64,000 nt of DNA from Epiperipatus broadwayi (Eukaryota; Animalia; Onychophora): assembly GCA_028023455.1 (NCBI GenBank), contig JAQFVV010000003.1, forward strand, positions 13,578,001-13,642,000, given 5' to 3'. The notes beneath the pieces were generated by a model, which did no database searches, was not told where the DNA came from, and saw only the letters and a program-made list of their open reading frames with translations. This document shows, one piece after another, positions 1 to 13,073 of this stretch. The position numbers and the translations under genes are program-made. Each line of letters starts with the position of its first letter. Position 1 is the first letter of the stretch.

Positions 1-3000
1 ACATAATCAAAGACAGAGAATTTATCTTAGCCATTATTTATTTGATATAGTAGCATGTTGTTACTGACTATATCAGTGTTATCCATTTTTAGTTTTAAAA
101 GAAATTTGAAAAATTTAATTTCAACAGAATCTGATATTTTATTATTAATTATTTAATTACATAAATTCAAGTAGCTATTTATATATTTTTTCTGTAGATT
201 TTATATTACTTTCTGCACATAATTCTTATTATCAGGAAAGCTATAACATTTTTGTTTAAAGAATACTTGAAAATAATTATATAAAGTAAATTCTCAGCAG
301 GTAGCTGTTCCTTTTTTTTTAAAAAAAAATTAAATTTAGAATAAAAGGAACATTAACAACAAAAAAGCCAATAAGTGTCATTTACAAAATCATCTATTTT
401 TCTTAAAGCATTGTTCAATTTCTAGAAATAAATATTCAGAAACTGTTAACCATAAAATAACTTAGACAATTTATCACAAATCTACATTATCTTTTTACAC
501 TAATAATTAAAATTTATATTAGTATTACATTATTAATTAATCTTTTTAAAGCTTACAAAATATCTACTTTGCTGAAAAAAACATAACAAAACAAAACAAA
601 AAGAAAACAATATATCTAAGAGAGAGATTAGGAGAATGAAAAAGAATTGACCTACTCAGTAATCATAATAAAGAAACATGAGCAATCTCCTTTCCCCCTA
701 CTATTCTAGAACCATCTATTGTAGTTTAGAATAATCAGTAATTATTAAATTGTAGTACAATTACACTTTCATCTAGTAAACACTGATTACTCAAACTTAA
801 ACTAAATGAGACTACTCTTGTTAATACTGCAATAAGCTAAAAGATCATGATATGATGATAAATCATAACAAAAAACATACTATTGTGAAATTTGGAGAAC
901 TTTTTCATTTCTAAAAAACACTTTAGAGGAATGTTTTCTTTATGGATTCCAGGAATCACTATCATGGAAAGCATATAAAAAGGCTTGCCTTGATAAAATT
1001 TAATGATTTTGATATGTTTTTAAGGTCTTTGTGTATTATCTTATTTATGAAGCTTGACAAACATTTTTTTTAATTATACAATTTCAGGGGCATGCAATAA
1101 ATATTTAAAACAAAATTAAGCAGCTGCATTTAACATTTACCGTTTTTTACTATTATTCTTATTTAAAAAAAAAAAATTTTCTGAAATAATATTTCCACTT
1201 CAGTTATTACTATTTTTTGGTATTAAGTCAACTTTTTAATATAAAAATAACAAAAATATAAGAAGCATAAAGTGCTATATCATGCCCATTAATGCAGACT
1301 TCAATTTATTAATAAAAAAAAAAAAAGGCATAAGAAATGTAAAGTGTCACATCGTGCCCATTAATGCAGACTTTTTATCATGATGGGATCCCATGCTGTT
1401 CTGTCAAAAGAAGAACCCAAACTTTCACCATTTTATTAAAATAGTAGTGATAAAAATAAAGATGCTAAATGTAAACAAATATTTGAAGCACTTTGGCACT
1501 TACAAGTTATAATATAAATAAAAAATTGAAATAAACCTTCATTTAGAATTGATTTATTACTTTTTTTAAACTTAAAAACTAATACATATTTGTAATACAT
1601 TAAAGATCAGCCTTTTCAAGCTATTATTTGGTAAAATAAAATTGGGGAAAAAAACTTAAATAAATACTTGGAGGCTCTCTGAAACTATAATTTTTTAAAA
1701 AAAAAAGGCTGCCAAGCTTGGTAGTAAGAAAAATAAACAAGTACTGTTTTTAATTACAGGCATTAAGAATTAAAATAGGTTTATGACCCCCCCCCCATAC
1801 TCGATAAAATCAACTGAGATAGAGGTGATAAAGATCATATTAAAATTGGATAATGGTTTGCAAATAATGGAACATAATTAGACATCTATTTATAAGACTA
1901 TTTTATTATTTTATTTTGGAATGAATTCTAGCATCTAAAAGTGTGTATAGTTATTGGAAGAATTTTTCATCAAGGAAAAATAAATTCTAACAATTATTAC
2001 TTCACATACTGATTATTTCGATTCTTTCATCAGTTTCAATCATCCAGTTTTGAAACAAGTACCCGATAAAGCTGTCAAATTATCACTAAATAACAAATTA
2101 TATGGTCAGACAATAATATCTGAGTACATAAGGGGTTTTCTGATTAATTAATAGTTCTTCTCTAGTCGACTGACAAAAACTAATTCCCCCCCCCCCTACC
2201 CAAATGAGATTCAATTCAATAACTTTTAATTCATGGTCAACCAATACCACTGCAGTGCTTAATAAATCTCACAAGATTATTGATTTAATATTATTAATAG
2301 GGTTTAGTCCAGAATACTATAACAACTTACCTCTCCCCTACTATTTGATGAAAAAAAAAAGGGTAAATGTGTTCTATTTGTTTCCTTTTACTTGACAGAG
2401 AGATGGGACCCAAAATAAACTTTTCCCCAATCTTTGACAAACATGTGAGTAAACAAAAGATACCTTGCTTTATGTTTGAAAAGTATGGTATGCATGCATA
2501 AAGTATTCTTATTTATTAGGGGATGGGTGGGAGAAATGGATATATAAAAAAAGCTGTCCTCTTTTCATTTATTTTTTTGGAAAAGGGGGGGGGGGAGACA
2601 TGAGATGGATAGATATTTTGAATTGATATAACTAAAATTTTAATTCAAGTTTAGCTAGTTTTGTTCATATCTACTATTTACTAATCTAACCTAAATTCAT
2701 CTATATAATTTTTTTAAAAAGACTTTTCATAAATATTTTAAAGCTTTTTTTAATAAAATCAAAGAGAAACAATTTAATTTCTAAAATGACTAATTATATG
2801 ATTAAAAGATTTTAAAAGCATTCCATTTAGGCAATTTACTGTAAACATAGCTGTGTGTTTTTTTGTTAATAATAATTGCCCAAAGCTATAATCATCTACT
2901 TTTCAATTTAATTTGTAGCAGCTTCAACAATATTTACTTCTTAGAATACTGGTGTCGGTTTATCAAATAATCTTACAGAGGGATTTATTCGTCCCCTTAG

Positions 3001-3973
3001 ACAAAAAAAAAAAGTATTATAAAATTTTAGTTGTGTTTTGTTGAAAACCTAAGTATAATTACATCTTAAAAAAAAAAAAAATACAACAAATTCCTCTGCA
3101 AATGAAAGATTAAAAAGAGAGAGGATAATAAGAAAATGACGGCAATTAAACATTTCATCTCTTATTTATTAAATAAGGTATATAAAAAATTAAAAAGCTA
3201 ATTAATGACCAGATTAGAACATGAAAAAGAACTTTACACTTAACACACAGTATTTCTTAAAAGGAAATTAAAGATATCCAAGCGATATTAATTCTTTCTT
3301 TGAGTCATTTATTGTGGGTTAAAAAAAGAAATAAATACAAAAATATAATTATTATTTAATCTAGAGGAAATAAGTAATCTTTAGATCTCATTTTGTTGTC
3401 TGCTAAAAGACATTTTTTTAAAATATTTGAACTAAATATATAATTTAAGACACACTGCTATAATGTATATAAAGTTACTCTCATTGACTTACATGAATGG
3501 TGTAACTGGCTTAAAGTTTATAATGAAACTTTAAATATTGCTGGAAAAAATTGATTTAATATGGATGAACAAGAAATGACCAATTATCGGGGATGACCAT
3601 CATGTGTTATCATTTGATCATTGTTCCAAATCAAAGTAGGTTCATGATACTGGTAGCATAGGATTAGGGGATTTTATAGCAATGGAAATATCAATGGGAA
3701 TAAAATGAAAGGTGAATAAATTAAAACGAAAAAGTCAAAAGTGAAAAAATTCCTTATATAATGTCAAAAATTTCTGTAACATTATATAGAATTTGTGAAA
3801 TAACACAAATTTACTGAATATAAGCATATTTCAATGTACATTTTCAGATAATGATTTAATCAGAGGTTTCATCCAAACTTTTGAATAAGTTTTTTTTTTA
3901 TTACCTGAATTTATTTTTCCTGTAATTTAATCATTTCACTTAATAAAACATTCACAATTAAGGTTTAATACTA

Positions 3974-5007
3974 TGTATTATAACAGTCAAGTCTGTACAT
4001 TCACATAACAGAATCTAGGCAAAGAGACCAATACTGACCAGACCAGGAATGTGACACCCCAAATCTGACCATGCTTCAACTCACCTGCTAGAACTCCAAG
4101 ACTCAAGACCCTATGAATGACCATGTTTGAGGTTACACATACTTTTATCTTTCATGGCTGGCATAGGGCAGGGAGAAATATGAAACTCCGGGTTAAAATT
4201 CCCTTATTAACTAAATCTATCCTATAATTAATTAATGGGGATTTTATTAATGCATAGCGTCCATAAATAGATAGGGTTGAATTGAATTAATAACAAGATA
4301 GAGAATGAAATACATCAACTTAATTATACCTTTATTTATAACAACAAATCAAAATTAAAATAACAAATATATATGATTCACTATGGCATTTGAATTACTG
4401 CAAAGAGATAATGTACTCTCTTCTTACAGATTAATTATGGAGGTATTGGTACAAGTAATAATTAACGCTTTATATGAAATGAGCTTTACCTGGCTCTCAT
4501 CTTATAGATTTAATTACAGAAAATATATATAAATAACCACTATGTTATGTCTATAGAGAGTTATGCCAATATATAAGTAATCATACTAAGCCTTGTTTAA
4601 CGACTAATAATGCATTTTATTATTCAAATATTGTTATATCTAAAGATGAGCCTATACATCAGCTCAAATAACTTAGATCGAACATGGCTTTCAAGAGTAC
4701 TTCAGAGAAATGCTGAATACAACATGATAAGGAGGTAGAGTTGGCTGCTCTAGATTTACCAATGTGCTACGGCATAGGCAAATAACAGTAATAAAAGTTG
4801 TTCTGCAGATGGATTAAGGAATCAAGGCTTCTTGTGACAAACACCGGTACCCTGGGACCAATCGTCATGCTGCAAAATAAAGGAACATCTAGTTCAAGAG
4901 TCGCAGAGTGACTTATGTATTAACCTGGCTTTAAACTCAGGGTTCACTACTGCATTACCCTATGAAAGGAAGATGTGCTGGCTTAACCGTGGCTCCATCT
5001 TAATACA
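3974..5007. mobile_element. Possible solo LTR or other non-coding TE-derived segment
   Basis: Begins TGTATTA (3974) and ends with its reverse complement TAATACA (5001-5007), i.e. TG...CA termini. TA flanks both sides. The interior is more GC-rich than the flanks and has no ORF. No 4-6 bp TSD. Confidence 0.3.
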
Positions 5008-6307
5008 TAAATATATAGCAGCAAAATGAGAAAATATTTAATTAAATAAAAAATCTCATCCCCTAAGCAAAGGAGTATAATAAATTTAATATCATAAATT
5101 ACAAGGACAATAGCTTATTAGCTTTATCAATAGAAACCAACTCTTATGTAGCATGATAATATATATACGCTACTGACAGGAATAATTATATAGTTTTTAC
5201 TTTATCCAGTTCAATCTATTCAGTTATTTATCAATTAATTAATATTTTAAGAAGGGAAAGTATATTTACATGGATTTAAGAAATAAGTTAACTGGCAAAT
5301 ATACTTATAAATATCCTCAAGGCTAGTTTAATTCTTAGCACAAAAATAAATTTAAGATTGAAAATTTCTGATTAAAATAAGACACATTCCAAATTTAAAT
5401 CAATCAATAATTAATAATACTAATGAGCGCAGAGCGAGTCATTATTATTTATACAGGATTTCAAAACAGCGCGCAGAAAGATAATGCTACAAAATAATTA
5501 TGTGAAGATGTTTAAAATACTATCTTCTTGAAATATATTGAAGTTAAGTGCTCGCTGTTTCGAAGCATTGGCATATACATACAATAAATATTTAAACTTA
5601 AAATAATCAAGAAAGAAATATAAAAACAACCGCAGTGATATAATTTAAATGAGGAGAATGTTAAATTCATTTCTCAATGAAAGAAATTATAAAAGTAAGC
5701 AAGTCATTTAGAGATTTTAACAACATTAATTTAAATAGAACTTGAGAAATTTTCTTAACATTAAGAAAAGATTTACATTTAGCTACATTTAATTAATTGT
5801 GTTTAGGTACATTTAATTATAGTTAGCTAACTTGGTTTATAGTTTAGGAAATTAAATAAGGGTTACATAGAGCTCTGCAGTCTTGAAAGTAATTTTACCA
5901 GTCATTATTCAGCCGGAACATAGGTGCTTGATCTGTAGGTTGGTGCTTTCCTGGGTGGCTGGTGGCATCATCTTCTTCACTTGGTTAGGCTATGGATCTT
6001 CTTAGGCAGTGTTCTGGTTGTAGCGGCTTTGAATGGGAGCAATGCCTGCCATTCTCCTTGTGGAGTGACAGCAAAGAGTTCCATTCTCGCCAGACATTTT
6101 AAACTTAAAATTAGCATGAAGGCTGGTGGCAACTGCTTTCATAAAATAAATCTGGGAATTTTTCAAGCTTAAAATATAGCCTATTTATATGTTTGGTAAT
6201 CCAAGCACTTACACTTTTGGAATTTACTTTACCTCAGAACCCATTAACTTTAAAATTTACTTAAATGTTACAAAATTACACAATTTTGATTTTAAATCTA
6301 TTGATAG

Positions 6308-6418
6308 GTCAAGCGTTGTTAGCTGAGAGGTCATCACACCCGCCTTGCAAACAAATAGTTGGTTGCAGACTGGTGTGGGTTCGCGTCCTGGCCAATGCTA
6401 TGACATATGAGAAAACAA
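6308..6418 (+). mobile_element. Short tRNA-Gly-derived SINE with 14-bp TSD
   Basis: A-box-like TAGCTGAGAGG and B-box-like GGTTCGCGTCC. The 3' part GGGTTCGCGTCCTGGCCAATGC resembles the tRNA-Gly 3' end, followed by an A-rich tail. AAATCTATTGATAG is repeated at 6294-6307 and 6419-6432. Confidence 0.7.
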
Positions 6419-7495
6419 AAATCTATTGATAGATTTCTGAGACATTATAACTTTTCCTTAGAATATCAAATAGTGCTGGTCTGATAATTTTTCTGTAAGA
6501 CCTCTTGCTGTAAACAATTTCACTTAGCAATTAGTTAGATTTTAAAAATGAGTTTTATTTTTACCTACTGCAGGTGCGGCAGTTAATGTAAATTATTGTT
6601 TACAACAAAAAAATCTGTTTTAATTACTTAACCAAAACTTTTTACTTTTAATTATTAACAAAAATAAGAAAACCTTTTAGCATATTTTTAATCATGCCAT
6701 CCCTATATACATTATAATATAGATTGGATTATATATCCACATACGAGTTAACAATAATAAACTTGTTAATAAACTGACTTCTGCCATTAATAACATAATA
6801 AAACATTTTTATTAAAATATTACGCGATAATAATACACTATAATTTCATCAATCCTATCTAATTATAGTGTTGGTTCACATGTAAATATATAATGCTGTT
6901 TAGCCAGCATGATAGTGTGTTTTAATGCTTAGTTTTATAACAGATTTAAATTTTAAAATAAGGTTCAAACCTAGCACAAGTTTTTATTAGGTTGACGATG
7001 AAATGGTAAGGGATTGGAAGGTTACTGTTTCAGTATCAATTTAATGATACTTGATAATGAGATAAAGTGTCAAATAAAATTTTAATTGGTATCTTGGAAC
7101 AGTATGCTCAGCTTTTGCCTAAAGATCTTAATATGTCTATTAAAATTAAATTTCACAATAAATCATGTTCTGATAACAGTAATCTCTGTTAACAATCTTA
7201 TTTATTAATTACATATTCATTATGCTTGACCTATAACAGCTTGTTAGTCGTATGTTATAGCCGCTTGGTTGAAAGTTTGTTTTCTTTTTTACATTACGGA
7301 AAAACTGAGAGGACTATGCATGCGTCTAAACCATAATTCTCTGCATTTTTTCTCTTTTTATAAGTGTGCGCCATATTTTTCTCTGATAAAAAATGAATTT
7401 TTGATTAATTTTTTTATGAGTAAGGTCAATTATTATTATTATTATTTTCTCAATTTATTAGATTATAGGGGGGAAAAAGCATGTAAGTAAAACAA

Positions 7496-9190
7496 ATGGC
7501 AGAATTAGATTCTACCAGCATCGATGCGTTTGCTGTTTCTAGGCCCTTTGATTCTGAGGACAGCATTACATACAGAGATTTAGAAGAATATTTTACTTCA
7601 TCATCAGAAAAAGAAACCCCATTACCAGCTAAAAGGCAAAGAAAAACCAAAAATGTACTTCCGGATGATAGCTGTAGACCAGGCCCTTCATCTAGTAATA
7701 ATAATAGCCTCTGAACGTATTTGCAGAACCGATAAATGTAGAGAATTTTACAAAGACTCCAGGTTTGAAGTTCTCTATTACGGGTGAGTATTCTATTTTA
7801 GACTTTTTCATATATTATTGACAAAAATGGTGTGCAAAAATTGTTGAGAAAACAAATAAATATGCCACTAAAGACAAATGTATGCATAATTGGGTAAATG
7901 TAACAGATCGCGAATTGTCTGCCTTTTTTGGGATGACTCTGGGAATTTCATGCCAGGTCCCCTGTCTTTCGATTGAAGGATTTTTGAAGTTCTGATCCTA
8001 CTATTAGGACCCCTTATTTAGCAAATATAATGCCTTATAACTGATTTAGTAATATTTTTTCATGTATACATTTTAATGATAACGAAACAATGCCGAGTAA
8101 AAAAAGTGAAACATCAGTGATAAAAAAATGCAATGTAAATTTCAAAGCTGCACATCAGATGCACAGAGTGATTGCAGTTGATGAGGCAATCACAAAATTT
8201 GTAGGTGGCAATACTATGAAGCAATACGTAATCAAAGCCAATAAAGAGAGGTTTCAAATGTCGTGTGTGTGCTGATAGTCATAATGGTTATGTGTATCAC
8301 ATGGAAATGTATGCAGACAAAGAACTACTTTCAAATGCTTCTCAATGTCTTGGTACTCATGCTGTGAAGTCAGTAGTTCTTCCATACGTTGCAAAACATC
8401 ATCACATTATTTTCTGTGACAGATTTTTTTCGAGTGTAGAACTTGCCAATGAACTTCATGAAAATAAATTATATATCTGTGGAACAATAAATATAAGTGC
8501 AAAAAGTATTCCAAATTATTGTTGAAGCACACAATAAAAAGAAAATGAAAAGAGGAGACTCTTATTTTGTCATTGATAAAGATACAGGTCTTCAATTTTT
8601 AGTATGGATGGACAAAAAGCCAATAGCTATTATCACAAATGCTTATGCACCTTCTGGAAATGATGTTGTTAGCCGACGAAATAAAACTGGATCATGACAA
8701 ATAATTCCATGTCCACCTGCAATAAAAATGTATAACAAGTACATCGGTGGTTGGCCAATCAAAAGTGAACCCAATATGGTTTAGACAGAAAATCTCTGTG
8801 ATGGCCATTGCAATTATTCTGGCATTGTTTTAACACAGCAATTTCCAATGCATACTTTTATATTCCATTTATATATCATCTAAAAATTTGATTGTTTTGA
8901 CTCATCTACAATTTCGGAGAACCTTATCCAACATGTCAATTGATGGATTTTCCACAAAGATAAAATATTCCCCAAAATCATATGTATTTCCACATCTGGC
9001 ACAGCGATCATATGGAAACCATACACATGTAGATCTTTGTCATCATAACATTCTCATGTGTAAGCGTTGGGTTGTGTGTCTAAAAAAAAACAAAGCCATG
9101 AAACTCACTTTGGCTGTTTGGAATATGGAATGGTACCTATTTGTAATAACTCACAAAAAGAATGTTTTGCTTTTCATCACACTCAAAATG
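7496..9190 (+). pseudogene. piggyBac-family (PGBD-like) transposase, fragmented by frameshifts and stops
   Basis: Successive ORF pieces carry piggyBac motifs: WVNVTDRELSAFFG, IAVDEAITKF...KQY, ADSHNGYVYHMEMY, IIFCDRFFSS, ICGTI, WMDKKPI, YNKYIGG, and a C-terminal Cys/His-rich remnant (GCLEYGMVPICNNSQKECFAFHH). The N-terminus is acidic. TIRs and TTAA TSD not identified. Confidence 0.9.
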
Positions 9191-9680
9191 TAACAAGTGA
9201 TTCTAATCCTGTTGTTACTAGTTTTAGCCCAACCATCAGCTGCAGTTTCATCACAAATGGTCTTACTGGGATTGTAATTAACATGTAATCTGAAGGTCTC
9301 CTAATGAAGATGCCTCTACCTATGCTCAGATGAGGGATATGGCTTTTGAATAGTTCTAATGGTAAGTTATATTTGCATTTTATTTTTTTTTGTTTATTGT
9401 TTTCCAACAAGTTTAATAACTTTTCACATGGAATATTGCTTTATATTATTTTGATTTTATATTTTAGGTGATAGACTGATTTTTTTACTCTGTGATAGGT
9501 AACACATATGAAAGGTAATGTTTTTATTATTACTATTTTTGTTGGTTTGTTTTAGTTACCAGCACAATGGACGAATGGTTGACACCCTGATCCAAGACTA
9601 TTTAAAATTTATTCCTCTCTAGCAATTTAATTGTATATAATGCAATAATTTTTTATTATTATTCTGTTTTTACTAGCTTT

Positions 9681-9777
9681 TGTTTTACTAACTTGGTTTT
9701 CATTGTTTTTGTTTTACTAATTTGTTTTTCACTTTTTTGTTTTACTAATTTGGTTTTCATTAATTGTTGTTTTACTT
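9681..9777. repeat. ~29-bp minisatellite, about 4 units
   Basis: TGTTTTACT(AA) starts at 9681, 9710, 9739 and about 9768; the first three units are followed by TTG(G/T)TTTTCA. Confidence 0.75.
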
Positions 9778-10500
9778 TGTTTTTTTTTATTATTATTATA
9801 TTAACTTCATTTTATACTCGAGGGACATATGACTGCCTGATTGTCTTCCTTATTAGAATTTTGTAACAGCTTCATTATTGATTACTTTGCCAATTGATAA
9901 ACAAGATCTAGAATGATTTATATTTTATTAATAATAATATTGAATAATATGAAATATTTAATATTTTGCATATTTATATTAGATAATAATGAACAGGCAT
10001 GCTTCCTGGAAAACATATCTTGAAAGAGATAGAATATAAACATTTTTTTTAAATATAAATATGTTTTAGAACCATTTTATTAATCTTTGACTGCCTCTTG
10101 AAATGAGAAATTTTTTCATATTTTAAATTTGTAAATTGTTTTCTCTATTGGCAATGATTATTCAGTATGATGATGTTATGAACAAGGTTGGTTTATCCAA
10201 AGTCTAAAGTCAAAATAATTTTGAGCAAATAATAAAAAATTATGAACTCAAATTTTTAGTGCATCTTGTTTATCAGGCTTTTGAGTTTTCCCATAACTAT
10301 TAGCAGAAGAACTAGCATGATGCATAAATATAGACCAGTTTTATAATATACATATATGTGTACAATGATGATCTTATTTAGAATTTCAAATTACACCCCG
10401 GGTCTCGTTTTATGCGGATTTATTTAATGCGATTTTGAAGTTAGGCAATTCATGTTTCTTCTTAATATCTTTGTTTGCAGTTTTCTTTTATGCGCTAAAA

Positions 10501-10622
10501 ATTATTAGATCAGAACTCGAGCTCCGATAATGCACTATTACTTTAAATATTATAAATTTCGCGCACTCACGTCATATTTAAAGTAATAGCGCATTATTGG
10601 AGTTCAACTTCCATCTAATAAT
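10501..10622. repeat. Palindrome with ~50-bp arms inside the Tigger-like element
   Basis: 10501-10550 (ATTATTAGATCAGAACTCGAGCTCCGATAATGCACTATTACTTTAAATAT) is an imperfect reverse complement of 10574-10622. Confidence 0.85.
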
Positions 10623-10899
10623 TTCAATATTTTCAGTGCTTTATAATAGTAGGTGCAATAGATTTTATGCAATAAAGAAGTTCATAATTCATTTAAAATC
10701 AGAATTTCCCCATTTTATATACACACATTAAATTTTACAAGATTATAATGTAAATCTGTTCAAACGTTATAGATGAAAAATACTATGTATGTTGTTATTT
10801 TTGCATTTTAAATCACGTTCTATTTTTGCTTTTTATAAAAAAAGTATGTAATCAATTAATCATTTAGTGTCTGCAAGTTTATTTTTAAAAGGTGAGTAA

Positions 10900-11107
10900 C
10901 AGTGGTGGGTACAATTAAATTTGACAATTAAAATCTGATTTTTAATTATAATTAACAATTTAAAAATTACGTAATATGATCTGAAGTTAAGGTGATGTGA
11001 AACAATGAAATTTGATTTTTAAACGGAATTGAAAATTAAAAAATTAAAGACAAAAATAAGAATTTAATTTTTAATTGTTAGTTTTAATTAAATTTTGCCC
11101 AACAGTG
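10900..11107. mobile_element. Nested hAT-like MITE
   Basis: Left end CAGTGGTGGGTACAATT versus right end reverse complement CACTGTTGGGCAAAATT (13/17 match). The 8-bp flanks GTGAGTAA and GTGAGTCG look like a decayed 8-bp TSD. Confidence 0.55.
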
Positions 11108-12754
11108 GTGAGTCGGTGTCTTTTTATTATCGTAATTCTAAGTTCTTATTTTAAACTTTTAGTTTACTCTAATGGAGAGAAAAAAAAACACCCAAGAAAA
11201 TGAATTTCTTTGGAAATAAAAATTTCAATTTTTGATTGCTTAGTGAAATGGGAAGGATCAATAGCAATTGGAAAATGTTTTAGTTGTATTTCCTCTTGAC
11301 TTTGTTTAAGGAGAAGCTACAGTACCTCACATCACATCACATCATGATGAATCTGATGTCTCAAATAGTGATAATGATTTAAAATACTGTACATGTATGA
11401 AAAAAGTGTAAATTACGCATAAAAATATATTGTTTTGAATTAAATTAAATACTGTAGTTAATAAAAAAAGTTTGTCTTGTATCAATTTTTTTCAAATTTG
11501 AAATTTTTTATTAGTCATATTTTATTTTTTTTTTATGCGAATTTTAAAGTAATTTTACGTTGTTGCTTTGCTTTTATGCGATTTTTGAAAAATTACAGTA
11601 CGTATCCCCCATTTTTCAAGGTAAGTTAAGTCTATTTTTGTGTGATTTCTTTTGTGCGCGTTTTCTGAGGAACCTATCTACTGCATAAAACGAGACCCAG
11701 GTGTATATGACATTTTACTTTTTTATTGTATTTATAATGGTAAGTAATAATATCCCCACTTCCTTCATTATTTTTATATTCTGATAGAATTTAATTTTTT
11801 TTTTTATCTTCTACTAAGGAGAATGTTTTTCTTCCAGATGTCTTGAGATTTTTCAACTTTAGGGGTACAAGAAAAAAATAAATTCTTATCTTCCTACTAT
11901 AAATAAGTTCTGAAGCTATGGATTATCTTAAGTAAGAAGTATTATATATCATTTGAAAAATAATTTTGTGAGAAATACAAAAAAATTATCACTGAAGATG
12001 TAATTTAAACTTAGTTAATGATAAATTAAAAATTATGAACAAACAATAAAATAATAATTATGTCGGATGTGGAAATATTTTTATCTTATTTTTTTTAATA
12101 GCAATCATTATTTATCTTAGTCTTATTGTTTTCCTTAGTTTTTCTAGTTTCTATCAATATAAAGTTTTTTGTTCTAACATTATTAAAATTGAAGTTATTG
12201 TGAAAATTCAATATGGCGCATCGATAATCAACCAGTTTTAAAAAAAAAACAAACATTTTCTGTTGAGAGATCACTTAAAAATAAAAAATTTATACAATAT
12301 TGCAACAGGCAAATCTGTATATTCGCGCAACAAAATCTAGAACTTTAGTAAATCATACCAAGGCTGACCAGCATAGAGTGGTACTAACCACGTTGTCTGA
12401 TATAGCCCCAACTCCTTTACTAACGCTCAAAGATTTACCACCCTGCGGATGACACATATGAAGCCACAGCAGCATTTCTTTCATCACATGCCGGCAATAG
12501 CACATCAGTAAAGCACAAGACTAGGATAAGTTGACTTATTAACAAGTATAGCTATATAGACGATGTGTGTGGCAGAACATAATTATAAAATATGGATTGT
12601 GATTCTTAACTAATGATTAACTAATCAATAAAGACTTACCAATGAGCAACATTGAGACATGACACCGAAGTTAAATTTAAACACAATTTAATGAAAAATA
12701 AATATTAAAATTATTAAATTAAAATGATGACTATAATTTGGCTATATGGATTGT

Positions 12755-13073
12755 ATCACACGCAGGTGACTAAGTTAGGGATACAATTTCATATTTGAGT
12801 TTGGGATTCACACGCAAGTGATGACTGGAGTTATAATCATCTATGGTTTGCCTAGTTACATATGGCTCTAATTTACATATACATTTGGTACAATGTAAAT
12901 CACTCACAGGTGACATTAATCATTTTGGTTAGTTACATTAGGCTTACATATATCACTCATAGGTGATGATTTAACTGTTTATATAGCAATTTCAATCACG
13001 CGCAGGTGATTGTAGTTTGGATTACAAATCATTTAATTGAGTTTGCTACATATAGATATCACTCGCAGGTGAT
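12755..13073. repeat. Array of six (A/T)TCAC-N6-GTGA(T/C) palindromic motifs
   Basis: Motifs start at 12755, 12807, 12899, 12952, 12995 and 13058; consensus ATCAC(A/T/G)CGCAGGTGAT. Confidence 0.75.

Larger units (their letters stand above)
10394..11703. mobile_element. Non-autonomous Tc1/mariner (pogo/Tigger-like) DNA transposon
   Basis: Left TIR CACCCCGGGTCTCGTTTTATGCGG; right TIR reverse-complements to CACCTGGGTCTCGTTTTATGCAG. TA on both sides (10392-93, 11704-05). Recurrent subterminal TTTATGCG motifs. No transposase ORF. Confidence 0.85.

Noticed and set aside
665-725. Minus-strand peptide IDGSRIVGGKEIAHVSLL resembling the trypsin activation motif RIVGG
   Set aside because: Only about 20 codons between stops, no convincing splice sites and no downstream His/Asp/Ser protease motifs; likely chance.
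7225-7270. Candidate left TIR of the piggyBac (CTATAACA...TGTTATAG mini-palindrome)
   Set aside because: No matching right-end sequence or TTAA pair found near 9550-9830.
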